A DNA stretch of 64,000 nucleotides from an uncultured Acidobacteriota bacterium (GTDB lineage Bacteria; Acidobacteriota; JAQAZP01), in the NCBI GenBank assembly GCA_963836075.1, contig CAWIIB010000001.1:1600001-1664000 (forward strand), given 5' to 3'. This document shows, piece by piece, positions 1 through 10,608 of the stretch (the first letter of the stretch is position 1; every line of letters begins with the position of its first letter). The position numbers and the translations under genes are program-made. Below the pieces are notes generated by a model. That model saw only the letters and a program-made list of their open reading frames with translations. It did no database searches and had not been told where the DNA came from.

Positions 1-3000
1 CTGCTGATCGCTCTCCGGATCGGGCATGCGCCGCAACCGGAGCGGACGCTGCCGAAGGCGCCGAACCCCTGGTTCCACGCCGAGCGTGCCTATCCCCTGG
101 GCCACATCCCGCTGGAACACTGGCGCAGCGCCAAAGAGCAGGCCCGGCTGCTCAAGTCACAGGCCCCGGCCCGCGGCGGCAGCTGGATCCCCCGGGGGCC
201 GACCAACGTGGGTGGACGGGTGACCGACGTGGTCGTCGATCCCCTGGACGACGACATCATCTACGCCGGGGCCGCCGAGGGCGGTGTGCTGCGCAGCACC
301 GACGGCGGACAGCACTGGACGCCACTCTTCGACCAGCAGCCGAGCCTCTCCATCGGCGCCCTGGCCATAGACCCCACGGACCGCCAGACGATCTACGCCG
401 GCACCGGTGAGGTGAACCCGGGCGGAGGCAGCGTGGCCTACGGCGGGGCGGGCCTTTTCCGCTCCACCGACATGGGTGAGAGCTGGACCGCCCTGGGGCT
501 GGAGAACAGCGGTTCCATCGGCCGGATAAGGATCGACCCCTCGGACAACCAGCGGATATTCGTCGCCGTGATGGGCCACCTCTGGGAAGGCTCCACCGAC
601 CGGGGTGTCTACCGCAGCACCGATGGCGGGGCCAGCTGGGAGAATGTCCTCTACAGCGGGACAGAGACCGGCTGCGTGGACCTGGTGATGCGGCCGGACA
701 ACCCCGATGTGCTCTTCGCCGCCATGTGGGAGCGGATCCGCCAGCCCGAGTTCTACCGCTACGGCGGCGCCACCTGCGGTGTCCACCGCACCACCGACGG
801 CGGGGACAGCTGGTCCCAGGTGGGCGGCGGGCTGCCGGCGGCCACGGCCAACAGCGGCCGCATCGGCCTCAGCCTCTGCCAGGATCAGCCGGACGTGATG
901 CACGCGGTCTACGCCGACCGCACCGGCTACTTTGACGGGCTCTACGTCACGAGCAACGGCGGCAGCAGCTGGACCCGGACCAATGACGGCAGCATCTCCG
1001 GCGTCTTCTCCTCCTACGGCTGGTGGTTCGGCAACGTGCGGACCCACCCCCGCGACCCCGACACCATCTTTGTCCTCGGCCTCGACTTCTACCGCAGCAC
1101 CAACGGCGGCAGTTCCTGGTCCTGGGCCGGAGGCTCGATGCACGTGGACCACCACGCCCTCGACTTCGGCCCCGGCACGGACCCGGTGATCTACGAAGGC
1201 AACGACGGCGGGGTCTACCGCTCCACCAACGGCGGCACCGGCTGGGTCAAGCTGCCCGACCTGCCGATCACCCAGGTCTACCGCGCGGCCCTCGACGCCG
1301 GCAACCCCGACGCCCTCTACCACGGCGCCCAGGACAACGGCACCATCCGCACCCTCACCGGGGCGCTGGACGACTGGCAGATGATCTACGGCGGGGACGG
1401 GTTCCAGCCGCTGGTCCACCCCCTCGACTCCAGCCGCCTCTGGGCCCAGTATCAGTACGGCGAACTGGTCTATTCAGGCAACGGCGGATCGTCATTTTCC
1501 GGGGCCACCAGCGGCATCGGCGGCGGTGACCGCCGCAACTGGAACTCGCCGCTGAGCCAGGATCCCACCGCTCCCGACCGCCGCTACTTCGGCACCAACA
1601 AGGTCTACCGCAGCACCGGCAACACCAGCTGGACCGCGGTCAGCCCGGACCTCACCGGCGGGCCGCACTCCGGCAACCCGGGCCAGGTCAACGGCACCCT
1701 GACCACCCTGGCGGTATCACCGCTGGACGGCCAGGTAATCTGGGCCGGAAGCGACGACGGACAGGTCTCGGTGACCGCCGACGGCGGCGGCGACTGGGCC
1801 GATGTCTCGGCCGGTCTGCCGGTCCGCTGGGTCACCACTGTCCGGCCGTCCCCCCGCGACCGGGAGGCGGCCCTGGTCACCATCTCCGGCTTCCGCTGGA
1901 ACGAACCGCTGCCCCACATCTTCCGCACCACCGACCTGGGCCAGAGCTGGACGCCGGTGTCCGGCAACCTGCCCGAAGCGCCGGTCAACGACCTGGTGAT
2001 CGACCCGTCGATAACCGGCCGCTGGTACGCCGCCACCGACGTGGGGGTTTTCGAGACGTTGAACAGCGGCGAGAGCTGGCACGCTTTGGGCGCCGGCCTG
2101 CCCGAGGTGGTGGTCAACAGCCTGGTTTTCCAGGAGCAAACCCGTACCCTGGTGGCCGGGACCTACGGCCGCAGCTTTTTCTCCATGGTGGTTGGCGACG
2201 GCACGGGGCTGCCGCGAATCGTCACCGGCCCCGGCCCCGGCAGTGACAACCCGCCGCTGGTCCGCACCTTCGACCCCCAGGCAACGGGTTCCCACCTCTC
2301 CCAGTGGACGGCCTACGGGGTGGACGCCTTTGGCGTGAACACCGCCTGCGGCGACCTGGACGGTGATGGGCTGGACGACGTGGTCACCGGGCCGGGCCCC
2401 GGCGCCATCTTCGGCCCGCACATCCGCGCCTTTGACGGCGGGGGGACCCCGCTGCCGCAAGTGAACCTGCAGGCCTACGGCACACTGAAGTACGGGGTCA
2501 ACGTGGCCTGCGGCGACATCGACGGCGACGGCTTCGACGAAATAGTCTCCGGCGCCGGTCCGGGGACCGTGTTCGGGCCCCACGTGCGCGGGTGGAACGT
2601 GGACGGCTCAACGGCCGCGGCCATCCCGGGGGTCAGCTACATGGCCTACGGCACGAACAAGTACGGGGTCAACGTGGCCTGCGGCGACATCGACGGCGAC
2701 GGCTTTGACGAAATCGTCACCGGCGCCGGGCCGGGAGCCGTGTTCGGGCCCCACGTCCGGGGCTGGGACCATGACGGCAGCGGGACCACCGTGCCGATCC
2801 CCGGGGTGAACTACTTTGCCTACGGCACGCTAAAATGGGGGGTCAACGTAGCCTGCGGCGACATCGACGGCGACGGCTTCGACGAGATCATCACCGGCGC
2901 CGGGCCGGGTGAGATCTTTGGCGCGCACCTCCGGGCCTGGGACTACGACGGGGTCGCGCTGACCCCGGTGGCGGCGGTGAACCTCTTCGCCTATCCCCTG

Positions 3001-3222
3001 GCTGACTCCCGTTTCGGCCTCAGGGTGTCGACCCTCGACCTGGACAATGACGGCACCGCCGAAATACTCACCGTTCCCGGACCCGACCCGGCCCGCCCCG
3101 CCCTGGTGCGGGCCTGGAAGGTGGGCGGCGGCTCCACCACGCTGGTCGATACGGTGGACTTCGACGCGTATTCAGACCTGCAGCTGACCAGCGGGGGCGC
3201 TATCGCCGGCGGTGGTTTTTAG
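1..3222 (+). CDS. Secreted VPS10/sortilin-like BNR (Asp-box) repeat protein (glycosyl hydrolase-like) with C-terminal FG-GAP-like repeats; 5' end lies outside the window
   Basis: Frame 1 is open from base 1 (LLIALRIG…GPTNVGGRVTD). Many SxDGGxxW Asp-boxes; HVDHHA and YGGDGF motifs. Four ACGD[LI]DGDGxD repeats in the last ~330 aa. Confidence 0.85.
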   Translation: MLIALRIGHAPQPERTLPKAPNPWFHAERAYPLGHIPLEHWRSAKEQARLLKSQAPARGGSWIPRGPTNVGGRVTDVVVDPLDDDIIYAGAAEGGVLRSTDGGQHWTPLFDQQPSLSIGALAIDPTDRQTIYAGTGEVNPGGGSVAYGGAGLFRSTDMGESWTALGLENSGSIGRIRIDPSDNQRIFVAVMGHLWEGSTDRGVYRSTDGGASWENVLYSGTETGCVDLVMRPDNPDVLFAAMWERIRQPEFYRYGGATCGVHRTTDGGDSWSQVGGGLPAATANSGRIGLSLCQDQPDVMHAVYADRTGYFDGLYVTSNGGSSWTRTNDGSISGVFSSYGWWFGNVRTHPRDPDTIFVLGLDFYRSTNGGSSWSWAGGSMHVDHHALDFGPGTDPVIYEGNDGGVYRSTNGGTGWVKLPDLPITQVYRAALDAGNPDALYHGAQDNGTIRTLTGALDDWQMIYGGDGFQPLVHPLDSSRLWAQYQYGELVYSGNGGSSFSGATSGIGGGDRRNWNSPLSQDPTAPDRRYFGTNKVYRSTGNTSWTAVSPDLTGGPHSGNPGQVNGTLTTLAVSPLDGQVIWAGSDDGQVSVTADGGGDWADVSAGLPVRWVTTVRPSPRDREAALVTISGFRWNEPLPHIFRTTDLGQSWTPVSGNLPEAPVNDLVIDPSITGRWYAATDVGVFETLNSGESWHALGAGLPEVVVNSLVFQEQTRTLVAGTYGRSFFSMVVGDGTGLPRIVTGPGPGSDNPPLVRTFDPQATGSHLSQWTAYGVDAFGVNTACGDLDGDGLDDVVTGPGPGAIFGPHIRAFDGGGTPLPQVNLQAYGTLKYGVNVACGDIDGDGFDEIVSGAGPGTVFGPHVRGWNVDGSTAAAIPGVSYMAYGTNKYGVNVACGDIDGDGFDEIVTGAGPGAVFGPHVRGWDHDGSGTTVPIPGVNYFAYGTLKWGVNVACGDIDGDGFDEIITGAGPGEIFGAHLRAWDYDGVALTPVAAVNLFAYPLADSRFGLRVSTLDLDNDGTAEILTVPGPDPARPALVRAWKVGGGSTTLVDTVDFDAYSDLQLTSGGAIAGGGF

Positions 3223-3325
3223 CGGCGTCACCGATTCCGCACCGTGGAAGGCCCGCCGGGCCGGGGTGCAGTTCAGCCCGCAGCGGGCCGAAGAGAACCT
3301 TGTGGACCACCGATGGAGGGCGGCG

Positions 3326-3883
3326 ATGATTTTCTCACTTGTTCCGATTCTGATCGCGGCGGCGATTCTCTTCTGGGGAGTCAGCATCTACAACAATCTG
3401 GTAAAGTCGCGAAACCTCGTCGCGGAGGGCGCCAGCGGTATCGACGTGCAGCTGAAACGCCGCGCGGACCTGATCCCCAATCTCCTGGAAACGGTGAAGG
3501 GATACATGGCCCACGAGAAAGGCACCCTCGAGGAAGTGACCCGCATGCGGGCCCGCTGCGCCGACGCCGGCAGCCTCGGTGAGAAAGGCCAGGCCGAAGG
3601 CCTGCTTGGCGCCGCGCTGGGCCGGCTCTTCGCCGTGGCGGAGAACTACCCCGACCTGAAGGCGGATAAAAACTTCGCCGAATTGCAGGAATCGCTGGAG
3701 AAGATCGAAGAAGAGATCCAGTTGGCCCGCCGTTACTACAACGGGACGGCGCGAAACATGAACATCCTGGTGGAGTCCTTCCCCTCGAACCTGGTGGCCC
3801 GGGGCTTCGGCTTCAATACGGCCGAGTATTTCGAGATCGAGATCCCGGGGGACCGCCAGGTGCCGAAAGTGGAATTCAGCTGA
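3326..3883 (+). CDS. lemA: LemA family protein
   Basis: N-terminal TM helix; IDVQLKRRADLIPNL, AVAENYPDLKA and ARRYYN motifs; GGAGG upstream of ATG 3326. Confidence 0.93.
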   Translation: MIFSLVPILIAAAILFWGVSIYNNLVKSRNLVAEGASGIDVQLKRRADLIPNLLETVKGYMAHEKGTLEEVTRMRARCADAGSLGEKGQAEGLLGAALGRLFAVAENYPDLKADKNFAELQESLEKIEEEIQLARRYYNGTARNMNILVESFPSNLVARGFGFNTAEYFEIEIPGDRQVPKVEFS

Positions 3884-3886
3884 AAC

Positions 3887-5818
3887 ATGTCTTTCCTGCG
3901 CACAGTGCTGCTGCTCCTGGTCCTGGTGGGGCTGCTCCTTCCGGCGGCGCCGGCAGGGGCGGACCAGGGCGTCGAGCGGATTCTGCTCTTCAGCAGCCGG
4001 ATTCGCGTCGACCCGGATTCCAGTGTCACGGTCACCGAGACGATCCAGGTCAACTGCCGCCGGGAAGAGATCAAGCGGGGCATTGTCCGCGCGTTTCCCA
4101 CCACCTACATCAACCGCTTCCACAAGCGGGTCACGGTGCGCTTCGAGGTGACCGAAGTGACTCGTGACGGCCGCCCCGAACCCTACCACCTGGAAAAGGC
4201 CCCCAACGGGATCCGGATCTTTGTGGGCCGGAGCGACGTGTTCCTGGACGCCGGTGAGTACACCTACACCCTGACCTACGTCACCGACCGGCAGCTGGGC
4301 TACTTCGACACCTTTGACGAACTCTACTGGAACGTCACCGGCAGCCAGTGGAGCCTGCCCATTGACCGGGCCGAGGCGGAGATCGAGCTGCCCGCCGGCG
4401 CCCGGGTGCTGGAGCACTCCGGCTATACCGGCCCGGATGGCGCCACGGGAAACGACTACCAGGCAGATCAATCCGGCGGGAACCGGATGGCCTTCAGCAC
4501 CACCAGGCCGCTGAAGCCGTACGAGGGGCTCACCGTGGCCGTCTCCTGGCCCAAAGGCCTGGTCCAGCAGCCCTCCACCGCGGAAAACCTCGGCACCATG
4601 CTGAAAGACAACGCCGCGGCCATCGCCGGCCTCTGCTGGTTTGTCTTCCTGCTGCTCTACTACTTCGCCGCCTGGCTGGCCGTGGGCCGCGACCCGGCCC
4701 GGGGCACCGTCATCCCGCTGTTCGAGCCGCCCAAGGGGCTCTCGCCGGCGGCCATGCGTTTTGTCCACCGCATGGGCTTCGACCACAAGACCTTTGCCGC
4801 GGCCGTGGTCAACCTGGCGGTGAAGGGCAAGCTGACGATCAAGGAGAAGGACAAAGTCTTCACCGTGCGTAAAATATCCGGCAGCGGCAACGACGGTCTG
4901 AGCCGGGGCGAGAAAAAGGTGCTGGACAAACTGCTGGCGGGAAGAGCCGCCATCACCCTCAAGAACACCAACCACAAAACGATCAGCGGGGCGATGAACG
5001 GCCTGAAGTCGAGCCTGCGGGACGAATGCGAGAAGGTCTACTTCGTGGTCAACCGGGCCTTCTTCTTCCCCGGACTGGCCTTGACCCTGCTGGCCGTACT
5101 CTCCATCGTGCTCATGCCACCCATCCGGCCGGAAGCGCTGTTCATCTCCCTCTGGCTCTCCATCTGGAGCTTCGGCGTCTTCTTCATGGTGCTCAAACTG
5201 TGGCGTCTCCTGCGTGACGCCATTACCCGGCGGGAGGGACGAGTGGCCGCCCTGATCCAGGCACTGGTGCTGGGCGCGTTTTTGACCCCCTTCCTGGGCG
5301 GAGAGGTGGTTGGCCTGGCGTTCTTTGCCAGGGCCGTCTCCCCGGCCGCCACCGTGGCCCTGGCGGGAATCCTCTTGCTCAACGTCCTCTTCTACCAGTT
5401 GCTCAAGGCCCCCACTCCGGTGGGCCGCAAGCTGATGGACCGCATCGAGGGCTTCCGTCTCTTCCTCTCGGTGGCGGAAAAGGAGCGCCTGGAGTTTCTG
5501 CACCCGCCCGACCGTACCCCGGAACTGTTCGAGCGGTATCTGCCCCACGCCATGGCGCTGGACGTGGAGAACCAGTGGAGCGAACAGTTCGAGAAGGTTC
5601 TGGCGGTGGGGCCGGAAGAGAGCGGCGCCTGGTCCCCGTCCTGGTATTCCGGTAGATCCTGGACCGGGCTCAACACATCCAGTTTCGCCTCCGGGCTGGG
5701 CAGCAGCTTTTCCGGAGCCATCGCCTCGTCCTCCACCGCGCCGGGCTCCTCCTCGGGCAGCGGCGGCGGCGGTTCATCCGGGGGCGGCGGTGGCGGCGGC
5801 GGGGGGGGCGGCTGGTAG
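3887..5818 (+). CDS. DUF2207 (YciQ-like) membrane protein
   Basis: Signal peptide, DELYWNVTG motif, TM helices, FERYLPHAMAL, Gly-rich GGGGGGW terminus; directly follows lemA as is typical. Confidence 0.9.
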   Translation: MSFLRTVLLLLVLVGLLLPAAPAGADQGVERILLFSSRIRVDPDSSVTVTETIQVNCRREEIKRGIVRAFPTTYINRFHKRVTVRFEVTEVTRDGRPEPYHLEKAPNGIRIFVGRSDVFLDAGEYTYTLTYVTDRQLGYFDTFDELYWNVTGSQWSLPIDRAEAEIELPAGARVLEHSGYTGPDGATGNDYQADQSGGNRMAFSTTRPLKPYEGLTVAVSWPKGLVQQPSTAENLGTMLKDNAAAIAGLCWFVFLLLYYFAAWLAVGRDPARGTVIPLFEPPKGLSPAAMRFVHRMGFDHKTFAAAVVNLAVKGKLTIKEKDKVFTVRKISGSGNDGLSRGEKKVLDKLLAGRAAITLKNTNHKTISGAMNGLKSSLRDECEKVYFVVNRAFFFPGLALTLLAVLSIVLMPPIRPEALFISLWLSIWSFGVFFMVLKLWRLLRDAITRREGRVAALIQALVLGAFLTPFLGGEVVGLAFFARAVSPAATVALAGILLLNVLFYQLLKAPTPVGRKLMDRIEGFRLFLSVAEKERLEFLHPPDRTPELFERYLPHAMALDVENQWSEQFEKVLAVGPEESGAWSPSWYSGRSWTGLNTSSFASGLGSSFSGAIASSSTAPGSSSGSGGGGSSGGGGGGGGGGGW

Positions 5819-5903
5819 CGGGTCTTGAATATCGGTCCGGTTGAGGGATAATGACCTCGGCAACAATCCCTGCGGCAGCCACACGATCTTTCGGAGAGGG
5901 CCG

Positions 5904-8900
5904 ATGACCAGGTTCATCCTGAGTTGGATCATTCTGCTGGTAACGTTCAGCCTTGCCGGCACGGCCGGTGCAGAGCCGGCCCGGGCACCCGAGATCGAGT
6001 TCGAAGAGATTTCCATCGAAAGCGGGCTCTCGCAGAGCATCGTGGAGTGCATCATCCAGGACCGCCGCGGTTTCCTCTGGTTCGGCACCGAGGATGGGCT
6101 GAACAGATACGACGGATACGATTTCACCGTCTTCCGCAATGACCCCGATGACCAGAACACCCTGAGTTACAACCATATCCTCTCGCTCTGCGAGGATCGT
6201 CGGGGCCGGATCTGGATCGGCACCTTCCAGGGTGGCCTCAACCGCTACGATCCGATGACCCGGCAGTTCATCCTTTACCAGCACGACCCGGACAACCCGT
6301 CGAGCCTCAGCAACAACAACGCCAACCGCATCGTGGAAGGACGTGACGGCCTGATCTGGATCGGCACCGACAACGGCCTGAACTGCTTTGACCCGGACAC
6401 CGGGAACTTCACCCGCTACTTGAGCGAAGCGGACAGCCCGACCTCCTCCGGCAGCAACGTGATCCGGGCGGTCCACGAAGCGCCCTCCGGTGAACTCTGG
6501 GTCGGCACCGACGGCGGGGGTCTCGGCCGCTTCGAACGGAACCGCCTTCTGTTCACCTGGTACCGGCACGACCCCTCAGACAGGCGCAGCCTGAGCCACG
6601 ACAGGGTCAGGGCGATTTATACCGACAGAGAACGCACGCTGTGGGTCGGGACCGTGGGCGGCGGCCTGAACAGATTCGACCCGGAAAGCGATTCCTTCAC
6701 CCGGTTCCACAGCCAGTCGGACGCTCACGCCGGCCTGAGCCACGACCAGGTCTATGCCATGCACGAGGACCGCAACGGCGGTTTCTGGGTCGGGACCAAC
6801 GGCGGCGGGCTCAACCTCTTCGACCGGGAATCGGGAGTCTTTCACCACTACAAGCACGCCCCCCACAACCCGACCAGTCTCAGTTACGACGAGATCTACG
6901 CCATTCACGAGGACCGTTCGGGCGTCATCTGGCTTGGAACATATGGCGGCGGGACCAACCGCTTTGACCGAAACAGGAGGAAGTTCATCCACCACAAGCC
7001 CGACCCCGGCGACCCGAACAGCCTTTCCGCCGACATCGTCTGGGCGATCCACGAGGACCAGGACGGGATCCTCTGGATCGGAACTCACGGAGGCGGTCTG
7101 AACCGTCTGGACCGCAGCACCAACAACTACCGCCACTATCGTCACGATCCTGATGATCCGACGAGTATTTCCAGCGATATCGTCCGGGTGATCAGCGCCG
7201 ACAACGAGGGCACCATCTGGATCGGGACCCACGGCGGCGGGATCTGCCGTTTTGACCGGGAGCGCGGGACCTTCCGTTCCTACCGGCACGATCCCGGAAA
7301 TCCGAACAGCCTGAGCCATGACGAGATCAGGGCAATCTACGAGGACAGCGCCGGCGATATCTGGGTGGGGACCAATGGCGGCGGCCTGAACCGGTTTGAC
7401 CGGGAGAGCGAAACGTTCACCACCTACCGCACCGATCCGGACGCCGCGGGCAGCCTGAGCAACGACTATGTCCGGGTGATCATCGAGGACAGCCGCGGCG
7501 TCTTCTGGCTCGGGACGCAGGGCGGTGGAATAAACATCCTTGACCGGCAAAGCGGAGAGTTCACCCACTACCGTGCCGACCAGGATGACCCGACCAGCCT
7601 GAGCAACGACTTCATCTTCGCGATTCACGAAGACCGCTCGGGCGAGATCTGGATCGGCACCTGGGGCGGGGGGCTGTGCCGCTTCAACCGGGAAAACGGC
7701 ACCTTCAAAACCTACACTGAAAAGGACGGGCTTTCCAACAATTCGGTCTACGGTATTCTCGAAGACGAGCAGGGGCGGCTCTGGCTGAGCACCAACTACG
7801 GTCTCTCCAATTTCGACCCCCAGAGCGAAACGTTTCGCAACTACACCGTGGAGGACGGCCTGCAGAGCAACGAGTTCAACGGCGGCTCGTTCCACCGCAG
7901 CGCTAACGGTGAACTTTTCTTTGGCGGGATCAACGGGTTCAACACCTTCTTTCCCCTGAAGATCCGGCACAATCCGCACGTCCCGCCGGTGGAACTGACC
8001 GCCTTTCTCAAACTGAACCAACGAGTTCCACTGGAGAAACCGGTAGGAATGATGGAGGAGCTGGTTCTCTCACACCGGGACTATGTATTCTCCTTCGAGT
8101 TCGCGGCGCTGGACTTCACCGCCCCGATGAAAAACCGCTATGCGTACATGATGGAGGGCCTCGACGAGCAGTGGATCGAAACCGATGCTTCCCGGCGGAT
8201 CGCCACCTACACCACACTGCCCCCGGGGAACTACAATTTCCGGGTCAAGGGGTCGAACAACGACGGCATCTGGAACGAGGCCGGAACGTCGATCCGGTTG
8301 ACCATCACGCCGCCCTTCTGGCAGACCTGGTCCTTCCGGGTCCTGTCGGCGTGCGCCCTGCTCCTCCTCATCTACCCCTTTTTCAAGCGTAAGGTGCGCA
8401 ACGAGAGGATGGCGGCCGAGCTGCAGGCGGCCCACGCGGCCCAGATGTCGATCATGCCCCACAGCGACCCCGTGGTGCCGGATCTCGACATCTCGGGGAT
8501 CACCCGCCCGGCCAACGAGGTGGGGGGCGACTTCTTCGATTATTTCTGGCTCGACGATGAGCACCAGCGATTCGGCATTGCCGTGGGCGACGTTTCGGGC
8601 AAAGCGATGCAGGCGGCGATGATTGCCGTGATGTCCTCGGGAATGATCTGTTCCGAGGTGGCCGGGGGAGGAACCGCGGCCGGCATCATGAGCAGCCTCA
8701 ACCGGCCGCTTTTTCGCAAAACTTCGGGAAAGATGTTCGTCACGCTGCTCCTGGCCGATATCGATACCGGAACGAGGCGGCTGACCTTTGCCAACGCCGG
8801 ATTCAGCCACCCCCTGCTCAAATCGGGTGAGACCATCAGCTTTCTGGAACGGAAGGGGCCGAGGTTCCCGCTCGGCGTGGTGGAGGATACCGCATACCTC

Positions 8901-9176
8901 GAACGGACGGTCCAGCTTGAGGTCGGTGATGTTCTGGTGCTCTACTCCGACGGGATCCCCGAAGCCAGCGATTCCGAGCATAACCTCTACGAGCTGGAGG
9001 CCCTGAAAAAGCTGCTGGCCAACATGGATACCGGCCCCCTGCCTGCGGAGGAGATCAAGGAACGGATCCTCCGCGACGTGCTGCTCTTCACCGGCCGGGC
9101 TCCCCAGGCTGACGACATGACAGTGGTGGTGGTCAAGGTGCTGCCGGCGGGGCATTCAGATCAAGAGCGGACATAA
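5904..9176 (+). CDS. Sensor phosphatase: two-component regulator beta-propeller repeats + Y_Y_Y domain + TM + SpoIIE/PP2C phosphatase
   Basis: Repeated W[IV]GTxGGGLNRFD units; YAYMMEGLDEQW…LPPGNYNFRVKGSN; EVGGDFFD, GDVSGK, LYSDGI and DDMT PP2C motifs. Confidence 0.9.
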   Translation: MTRFILSWIILLVTFSLAGTAGAEPARAPEIEFEEISIESGLSQSIVECIIQDRRGFLWFGTEDGLNRYDGYDFTVFRNDPDDQNTLSYNHILSLCEDRRGRIWIGTFQGGLNRYDPMTRQFILYQHDPDNPSSLSNNNANRIVEGRDGLIWIGTDNGLNCFDPDTGNFTRYLSEADSPTSSGSNVIRAVHEAPSGELWVGTDGGGLGRFERNRLLFTWYRHDPSDRRSLSHDRVRAIYTDRERTLWVGTVGGGLNRFDPESDSFTRFHSQSDAHAGLSHDQVYAMHEDRNGGFWVGTNGGGLNLFDRESGVFHHYKHAPHNPTSLSYDEIYAIHEDRSGVIWLGTYGGGTNRFDRNRRKFIHHKPDPGDPNSLSADIVWAIHEDQDGILWIGTHGGGLNRLDRSTNNYRHYRHDPDDPTSISSDIVRVISADNEGTIWIGTHGGGICRFDRERGTFRSYRHDPGNPNSLSHDEIRAIYEDSAGDIWVGTNGGGLNRFDRESETFTTYRTDPDAAGSLSNDYVRVIIEDSRGVFWLGTQGGGINILDRQSGEFTHYRADQDDPTSLSNDFIFAIHEDRSGEIWIGTWGGGLCRFNRENGTFKTYTEKDGLSNNSVYGILEDEQGRLWLSTNYGLSNFDPQSETFRNYTVEDGLQSNEFNGGSFHRSANGELFFGGINGFNTFFPLKIRHNPHVPPVELTAFLKLNQRVPLEKPVGMMEELVLSHRDYVFSFEFAALDFTAPMKNRYAYMMEGLDEQWIETDASRRIATYTTLPPGNYNFRVKGSNNDGIWNEAGTSIRLTITPPFWQTWSFRVLSACALLLLIYPFFKRKVRNERMAAELQAAHAAQMSIMPHSDPVVPDLDISGITRPANEVGGDFFDYFWLDDEHQRFGIAVGDVSGKAMQAAMIAVMSSGMICSEVAGGGTAAGIMSSLNRPLFRKTSGKMFVTLLLADIDTGTRRLTFANAGFSHPLLKSGETISFLERKGPRFPLGVVEDTAYLERTVQLEVGDVLVLYSDGIPEASDSEHNLYELEALKKLLANMDTGPLPAEEIKERILRDVLLFTGRAPQADDMTVVVVKVLPAGHSDQERT

Positions 9177-9178
9177 CC

Positions 9179-10396
9179 TCACAATACATCCTCGAACACG
9201 GCAATCAGGCGATCGATTTCCTCGGCAGTGTTGTAGTGCACCATGCTCACCCGGACCACGCCGTCATCGGGGTCCAGGCCCAGGGCCGTGCAAAGACGGT
9301 GGGCATACATGTGACCGTTGCGGATGCCGATGTTCCGCCGGTGGGCGGCCTCGGCGATCTGCCGCGAGGAGAGATCCCGGTGGAGAAAGCTGACCGTCCC
9401 CACCCGGGAGCGACCGGCACTTTCCGGGCCCACCACGCGCACCCGCGGATGCCCCAGCAGGTAGTCCAGCAGACGCTCCTGCAACGGCAGCTCGCAGCGG
9501 GTCATCAGTTCGAAGGCCCCGGTGACGGTCTCACGATCCACCCGGTCCCGGCCGGAGAGGAAGGACAGGTAGTCCCCCAGGGCCAGCAGGCCGGCACAGC
9601 CCTCGTGGATCGCCCCCCCCAGTTCGAACTTGTAGGGGACCTGGTCGTCGGGGATGAAGTAGTGGTTCGGCCCGGTCAGCTGGGCAAAGGCCTCGTGCTT
9701 GCCGTAGAGCGCGGCCATGTGCGGGCCGTAGACCTTGTAGGTGGAGTAGACATACCAGTCCACGTCCCAGGCCTCCACGTCCATGGCGCGGTGCGGGGCA
9801 AAGGCCACACCGTCCACCACCACCCGGGCCCCGGCCTGGTGGGCCAGGCGGACGATGCCCTCCAGGTCGACGATATCGCCCAGCAGGTTCGACACATGGG
9901 GGAAGGCGACGATGCGGGTGCGGGAAGTAAGCAGGCGTTGAAGACCTTCCAGAGGACAGGTGCAGGTCCGGGGGTCCATCTTCCAGACCTTCACCGTCAT
10001 CCCCCGCCCGGCCAGGGAGGCCCACGGCCCGGCATTGGCCTCATGGGCGGTTTGGGCAATGATCAGTTCATCGCCCGGTGAGAGAACCGCGGCGTAGCAG
10101 TCGGCCAGCATCCGGCAGAGCACCGAGCAGGACGAGGCCAGCGCCACCTGGCCCGTCCGCGTACCGTTCATCAACAGGTTGATGAACTGGTGGGCCCGGT
10201 CCACTGTTTCAGTGGCTCTGGTGGAGAGGGCATAGCCGGCATCCAGCTGAACGTAGGAGTTCAGCATGTACTCGCGCATCCGGTCGGCCACCACCCGGGG
10301 CACCTGGGAACCACCGGCATTTTCCAGAAAAACGGTGTCCGAAGCCAGGGCCGGAAACTGGCGGCGGATGGACTGCTGGTCGATGTGAAGGTCCAT
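9179..10396 (-). CDS. Cysteine desulfurase-like PLP enzyme (aminotransferase class V)
   Basis: FLENAGGSQVP, HEANAGPW, VDGVAFAPH, STYKVYGPH (PLP lysine), VRVSMVHYNT. Confidence 0.88.
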   Translation of the reverse strand: MDLHIDQQSIRRQFPALASDTVFLENAGGSQVPRVVADRMREYMLNSYVQLDAGYALSTRATETVDRAHQFINLLMNGTRTGQVALASSCSVLCRMLADCYAAVLSPGDELIIAQTAHEANAGPWASLAGRGMTVKVWKMDPRTCTCPLEGLQRLLTSRTRIVAFPHVSNLLGDIVDLEGIVRLAHQAGARVVVDGVAFAPHRAMDVEAWDVDWYVYSTYKVYGPHMAALYGKHEAFAQLTGPNHYFIPDDQVPYKFELGGAIHEGCAGLLALGDYLSFLSGRDRVDRETVTGAFELMTRCELPLQERLLDYLLGHPRVRVVGPESAGRSRVGTVSFLHRDLSSRQIAEAAHRRNIGIRNGHMYAHRLCTALGLDPDDGVVRVSMVHYNTAEEIDRLIAVFEDVL

Positions 10397-10608
10397 GACT
10401 CAGAATATCACTGCTGCCGGTTGAAAACCACCCGGCCGAACCGTCAAAATTGTGCCGGGTCTACCCGCCGGCCTTGGTTCCATCTCTTGACATTGCAGGG
10501 GAATTTGGTAGCTTACCCTGGAATCACCGTATTTCAGACCTGATTCGAACACCTGCTGTGTCAAGACGGCCGTGAGGCTTGCGACAGGTGAGCCTGCGGA
10601 GCGCGATC

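Noticed and set aside
5755-5818. GGC-rich low-complexity tract
   Set aside because: It encodes the normal Gly-rich tail of DUF2207 proteins.
6000-7900. Periodic nucleotide repeats here and at 2340-2940 as possible CRISPR or tandem arrays
   Set aside because: They are degenerate in-frame protein repeats, without identical repeats separated by unique spacers.
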